This document shows, piece after piece, positions 35,911-40,978 of a DNA stretch of 40,978 nucleotides. The notes below the pieces were generated by a model, which saw only the letters and a program-made list of their open reading frames with translations, was not told where the DNA came from and made no database searches. The stretch is taken from the NCBI GenBank assembly GCA_003971905.1, contig RSEE01000090.1, positions 248,001 to 288,978 on the forward strand, in the 5' to 3' direction. The DNA comes from Moniliella sp. 'wahieum'. Taxonomy: Eukaryota. Within the stretch, counting starts at the first letter, position 1, and the number at the start of each line of letters is the position of its first letter. A program made the position numbers and the translations under genes.

Positions 35911-36876
35911 ATGCCGACGGGCGTCCTGCGCCAGCCTACCCCACGCGCCAGACGGTCAACTACCGCCGCGGCAAGCGTGCGGCCACGCCGCTGAAGCGCC
36001 ACCATTGGTACACGGGTCTAATCATCGTATGTGGCTGGATCTTGCCTCCGCTCGCGGTCGCCGTGCGCTTTGGGATCGGCCTGGACTTTTTCACCAATGT
36101 GATCCTCACCTGCTGCGGCTACATCCTGGCCACGGCCACAACTTTTGGATCCAAAACATCCGCAACAATAGCAACAAGGCCCACTCCCCGGATGGGCCGT
36201 ACGCGCTGGCCTCGTCGCCGATTACGTCGCCGCCAAGGCCCAGAAGCGCCAATGGGCCAGTAAGTACGAAGATGAGGGAACCGTCGGGGGCTACTCGCAC
36301 CATGACCGTCAGCGCTGGGAGAATGAGGAGGTGATTGTCGATCCCGTTTCGGGCAAGACAATGCGGGAGCATCCCCGCGTCTCGGGTCTGCCTCCGGCGC
36401 CGTGGAACGCCGACCCGATGGCTCCCAGGGTCGCGACTGGGACGACGACTTGATCTCTGAAAGAACGCGGACCGGTTTGCCCGCAGTAAGATTGCTCGCG
36501 ATCCGGCTCCCAGCGGCAAGAAGGACCCTGTGACCGGGGCCTGGATCGACGGCGAGGAGGACGTTCAACGATATCGGTCCCATGGCAGTGGCTCCGGCGG
36601 CGGGCCAGAGTACGGGCTGGACAAGCCTCGCAGGACCAATAAGAAACGGGTGCCGTTGCAACAGCAGTATGCTGAACGTTACCGGTTTTCTCGCTCTTCT
36701 CTATCCACTTCGAGCGGAAGCACGCATGCCTCGCGCCTGGGCCGGCTCGGGCGACGCATTGGACCGTGAACTGCAGGGCGGTGGGCCCCGGTTCCCCCCA
36801 AGGCCCCTCTTCGGCTCGGAACCAACCCTATAACGCTCGGGTTGTCCCCAACGACGGACTCGATCACGAATTCTAG
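35911..36876 (+). CDS. Pmp3/UPF0057 proteolipid-domain protein with a long hydrophilic C-terminal tail; frameshifted
   Basis: WILPPLAVAVRFGIGLDFFTNVILTCCGYI.GHGHNFWIQNIRNN..TP.WAVRAGLV is a Pmp3-type hairpin. The tail ends ...NDGLDHEF* (TAG 36874-36876). Start in accATG context. Confidence 0.8.
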
Positions 36877-37119
36877 ATTCCCTTTCTCCTTGGACATTGG
36901 CAAGGCGCATCGTCCCCTACACCCTTTCTGTCTCTCCTTTGGCTCTATTCCAATCTCTTGCAGGCCCTTGCTCCCACATCCGATATATGTACCTCGCAAC
37001 CCTCTGTATACATCCGGCACCTGACTTGTTACCCACGTGAATCGGATGGATGGACACATTAGTCGGACGTTTGTCATGTGGGTAGGAAGAGGACAATTGG
37101 TGTACCCCAAAGCAATAAT

Positions 37120-37215
37120 GGTCGATTAGCTCAGTTGGTCAGAGCGTGGTACTAATATGTCCTTCCAGGAGTGTTGGTAATGCCAAGGTCATGAGTTCAA
37201 GCCTCATATTGACCA
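37120..37215 (+). tRNA. tRNA-Ile (anticodon AAT) with a 22-nt intron at 37158-37179
   Basis: Acceptor GGTCGAT/ATTGACC, D arm GCTC/GAGC, anticodon stem TGGTA/TGCCA with loop CT-AAT-A^A, T arm ATGAG-TTCAAGC-CTCAT, discriminator A. The intron is at the canonical 37/38 position. Confidence 0.95.
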
Positions 37216-37216
37216 C

Positions 37217-37222
37217 TTTTTT
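37217..37222 (+). terminator. RNA polymerase III terminator (T6)
   Basis: TTTTTT immediately after the tRNA 3' end. Confidence 0.8.
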
Positions 37223-37597
37223 GGATTTCTAAAACCCAAATTTCAAAAACATCTGCCGTACCGGAGGTGGGGCATAGAAGAGCACTGCGACACCTTTGGG
37301 ACGCCGGGAAAAGGAGCTGCTTCGGCTGCTGGAACAGCAGAATGCGACAAAACGCCAAGTACCAGGGACGCACTCAAGAGCCGTTTCCCCCCTGGTTTTG
37401 ACGATGCGAGGATACGCACCAAGACAGCTGGCAAGATGTTTGCGCATTGGAAGGATTTGGCTTCTGAGTCTCAATGGAAATGGTTCCTCGCTTGAATGTC
37501 ATCCACGTTCATCGATCTTGTCCACACGCGCTTTTGGGTACGGGACCGGATGGCGAGACCGGAGGGTCCTGAGATACCTGGCGATCCCCCTGGTTCT

Positions 37598-37700
37598 TTA
37601 ACGTTGGTGGCGCACCAAGTAACCCCGCAAGATGAACGGTCGGTTTAGACATAGCGTTTCCCTGTCCCAGCCTTAAGCTCTGTCAATGATATGGATGCAA
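37598..37700 (+). repeat. Dispersed repeat, copy B (pairs with 34357-34449)
   Basis: Same two conserved blocks as copy A, with a spacer about 13 bp longer. Confidence 0.9.
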
Positions 37701-39541
37701 CATCTACCCCTCTGAAATCAAGCTGGAGCCGAGGACATCCATTGGAAACCTACGAAAGGAAAACATGGTTGCCTATATGGAAACGAGGAAAACGAGGGGC
37801 TGGTGAGAAGGAAGGATTGTCGCGCATGCTAGGATCAATGTGATCAAAATGCCACCAATCCAAGCTCGAGAAAGAAAGTGGCTCTGTAGGTGATGGGTTG
37901 CAGTTGTTGCAGCTCAGGCGTTGATGGACCGATGGATACTGGGGTCTTCGTCATGTAGTCTCTGCGATGCCGGTGATGAATGAGATCGATGATGAGATAT
38001 GGGATCTATGAGATCAGAGTCGATCATCCTGATCCATCAGACAAGCTGAGAGGCCTAGATCTGAAGCGTGTTGAACGTTGGCATGCATGTCACGTTGACA
38101 TTGATGAACTGAGGCCAAAGACTTCGACGAGAGGCAACCAATAAGGTTGGCGAGTGCCAAGCTCGCTACGGAAGAGAAACTGGTGCCTAGCCTTGGCTAT
38201 TTAACGTTTAACGTTTAACGTAGCGTTTAATTAACCCGTGAAGCCACCGACACAGCTATACCATGTGGAGAATCTCGCGTGGCGCTCAACCGCACGAGGC
38301 CAGTCTGCACCTGCTGGGGCTGCTCGGCTGGTAGGGGCCAGAGGCACCTGTGTTCCTCTCAATAACCGCCACGACGGAGGGAAGCAAGGAGAGCGTGTGT
38401 GGTGACGGTGACGGTGACCCCGGTGACATACGACATGCGACATGCTACCCGCTGTACACGCGACACTCGTTTTCAGCATGGGTAGCGGCCATCAACCATA
38501 TGCATTGTTGTGCTCACTCAGAAGAGCCCACAAGGAGCTGCTCACGTCAAAGGTCTTGGCAAGGTGTGGTGTGTTGAATGTTTCGAGCGTTAAAACCTGT
38601 TAAAATGCATTGACGTTTAACGTTCAACGTTTGTATAGCAGACAAAAGTACAGAGATGTATATGTCGCTGCACCTTCGACCCCATCTCCCTCGGTCGAAC
38701 TTTGTCTGAACGATCTGAACGGCTTTGGTCAACACACACTGAGTACACACAGCACATGGCCATGCATCTGATTTCTGTGATCTTGGCATAATGATCTCGA
38801 TCTATATCTCTCCCTCGCAGACACCCTTGTCCTCTCGCGCCTCTCTCGTAGTACTCTCTCACCACCACATGTACGTGAACAGCCATTGATGGTGCACCTG
38901 TTATTGCAAAAGTCATTTCAAGGTTCGAAGCCAACAAAGCCACAGATACGATGGTGCATTCTCGCCACCTGACGCACAACTGGAATGTGTGGCCCCGCCG
39001 TGTAGCAAAACATTCGAATATGTCCACGTGTGTGTTGGATGCACACAGATACATGTGAGGCTGCTGAACCTTAGTCTCTCATCATAGGGCATAGCATCAT
39101 CATCCACTTGAATGCCAAGCCTGGAACCATATGCCATACACCCCGTTCCTGTGTTACTTCTACTATATGCTCCTAATATACACCATCAGGGCGGAGATGG
39201 GGTCTCCGACTCGACGAATACGCATAGTATATGTTGCGAGCGGGACAACGAAAAGCATAACAGTATGGAGTCTCCACATGTCACTGCTTCTCTCAGGACC
39301 GATTCTCCATAGTAAGTAGGCTCTATGACAGCATGCGTCAGCCTAACTCTTTGATGGACCCTCTATGGGTGGTGGGCCAAGACGTTGGCGCCCGCATGCC
39401 ATCATGTCTCGGCTATCACACCAGGATGTTAGAGACGTGAACCCACACTTACCACTGATTCCCATGCCTCAAGTGCCCCTTTGTGCTTGGCGTAATATGA
39501 CCCTCACAGCGGCGCATTCGCGTCCCATTTACCCTGCCCAA

Positions 39542-39547
39542 TATAAA
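39542..39547 (+). promoter_or_regulatory. Putative TATA box of the aspartic protease gene
   Basis: TATAAA ~120 bp upstream of the ATG at 39662, followed by a CT-rich tract. Confidence 0.5.
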
Positions 39548-39661
39548 GCCCGCCAAAATCATCATCGTTGGTACGTCCTCCACCACCCCCCCCCCCTCTC
39601 TTTCTCGCCCACCTCCTTACCACCTCCTTACCCAACCCACGCTTCTCCCCCTTTCTCCAGC

Positions 39662-40978
39662 ATGCAACTTTCGAACGGTCTCGTTTTTCTGGCCATGGCG
39701 CTGGGCGCCACCGGCACCCTGGCTGCTCCCTCGCCCTCGGCCCACCGTCGCTCGGTGACCATGCCTCTGACGCGCAACGAAGAGCGCAGCATCTTGACCG
39801 ACGGCGTTGTGGACAAGAGCAAACTCTCCCAAGAGCTTATGCGTCTGCGCACCAAGTATGCGCTGGACTGAGCAACTACGAGCGCAATGTTGGCCACAAG
39901 CATGCTCGTGATGCTACCCACCTCGTCCGTCGCGGCACGGGAAACGTTCCCCTCAGTGTGCAGGAGAATGGCGCGCTGTGGACCGGTCCGGCTCAGTGGG
40001 GTGGCAGACGATCCAGCTTGGTACGTTTCTCTTTCTTGCTCTGCAAAATAGCGTCCTACCAGTCGATGGTCATGTATTTGAATTTCCGTGGGATCCTGAC
40101 TGTGTGGTTTCTCTGTGATTCAGACTTTGACACGGGCAGCTCCGACACGCTCGTCAACCCCAGTGCCTACTCTCCCTCCAAGTCATCCTCCTCCAAGGAC
40201 ACGGCACCACGTTCAGCAACTCCTACGGCGACGGAACCACTGCCTCTGGGAGGTGTACTCGGACAAGCTCTCCATTGGCGGAGTGTCGGCCAAAAGGCGT
40301 ACATTGGTCGGTCCAAGCAGACGTTCCTCAACAACGAGGGCAACAGCCAGGGTCAGCGGCATGGGCTTCCCGTCCCTCTGCTCCTTTAAACAGAAGGAGC
40401 CCTTTTTCCAGTCGCTCATCAAGTCGGGCGGGTTGGACCAGGAAGGGTTCACCATCAAGCTGCGCAAGCACTCGGCATCGTCCATGACGCTCGGATCCAT
40501 TAGCTCCACAGCCGAGTATGTGCCGGTGACCGAGGCTGCCTACTGGACCGTCGATGGCAAGATTAACGATCAGTCCATTTCGGCCATCATTGACTCGGGC
40601 ACGACGCTGATTGTTGGTGCGTATCTTCTCTTCGTCTTTTTGCCTGAGGGTCTCCTCGATGCTAAAAGGGATATTAACCACCTCGTCCTTGACGGCTTTT
40701 GTGTTTTATAGCCCCCACGAGCCAGGCCAAGCACTGTACCAGTCGCTCGGACTCGAGACCCAGGAAGAGCAGGGCCAGGTCATGGCTACCTTTGACTGTG
40801 CTTCCCCCGCCAAGGTGGGCATGACCTTTGGCTCCAAGACCATTTACCTGAACGAAGCCACAGCGTACGGTAAGGACAACAATGGCCAGTGTGTCTTTGC
40901 CGTCGTCGGCCAAGACATTGGAATTGACGGATGGATCACGGGCGATTCGCTTTTCCGAACACGGTATGTGCCCTATAC
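39662..40978 (+). CDS. Secreted A1 (pepsin-like) aspartic protease, 3'-truncated by the window; introns 40021-40123, 40617-40711 and one starting at 40964
   Basis: Signal peptide MQLSNGLVFLAMALGATGTLA; propeptide ending RR; catalytic DFDTGSSD and IIDSGTTLIV; flap SYGDG; C-terminal WITGDSLFR; GT-AG introns. Confidence 0.95.

Noticed and set aside
37158..37179. Intron in tRNA-Ile(AAT) as a novelty
   Set aside because: Canonical position with ordinary pairing to the anticodon arm; tRNA introns are common in basidiomycetes.
38617..39054. 145-aa Cys-rich minus-strand ORF
   Set aside because: No signal peptide, motif or codon-bias support; lies in the upstream region of the aspartic protease.

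Overview
Eukaryotic, GC-rich fungal genomic DNA. It looks basidiomycete (short GTACGT/GTGCGT/GTATGT...YAG introns with CTAAC/CTGAC branch sites; an apparently intron-less SEC15 fits Ustilaginomycotina, which is inference). Nearly every gene, including conserved ones, carries 1-nt frameshifts typical of an unpolished long-read assembly, so proteins were reconstructed across frames by eye. Recognisable genes: FAR-17a/AIG1-like (partial), mago nashi, a divergent tropomyosin-like gene with a Pro/Gln/Ser-rich N-terminal extension, a PPxY-motif protein, an unknown membrane protein, DUF866 head-to-head with SEC15, an S53 sedolisin, TVP38/TMEM64, a GH79 glycosidase, a Pmp3-domain protein, an intron-containing tRNA-Ile(AAT) and an A1 aspartic protease (partial). 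A lower-GC block at about 17.5-25.4 kb holds an internally deleted fungal CACTA/Plavaka-like DNA transposon with a divergent accessory gene and other decayed repeats. The most unusual observations are the tropomyosin-like gene, recurrent intergenic 7-bp-period repeats made of TGA/TCA plus different palindromic 4-mers, and a ~95-bp direct repeat pair flanking the Pmp3/tRNA segment.
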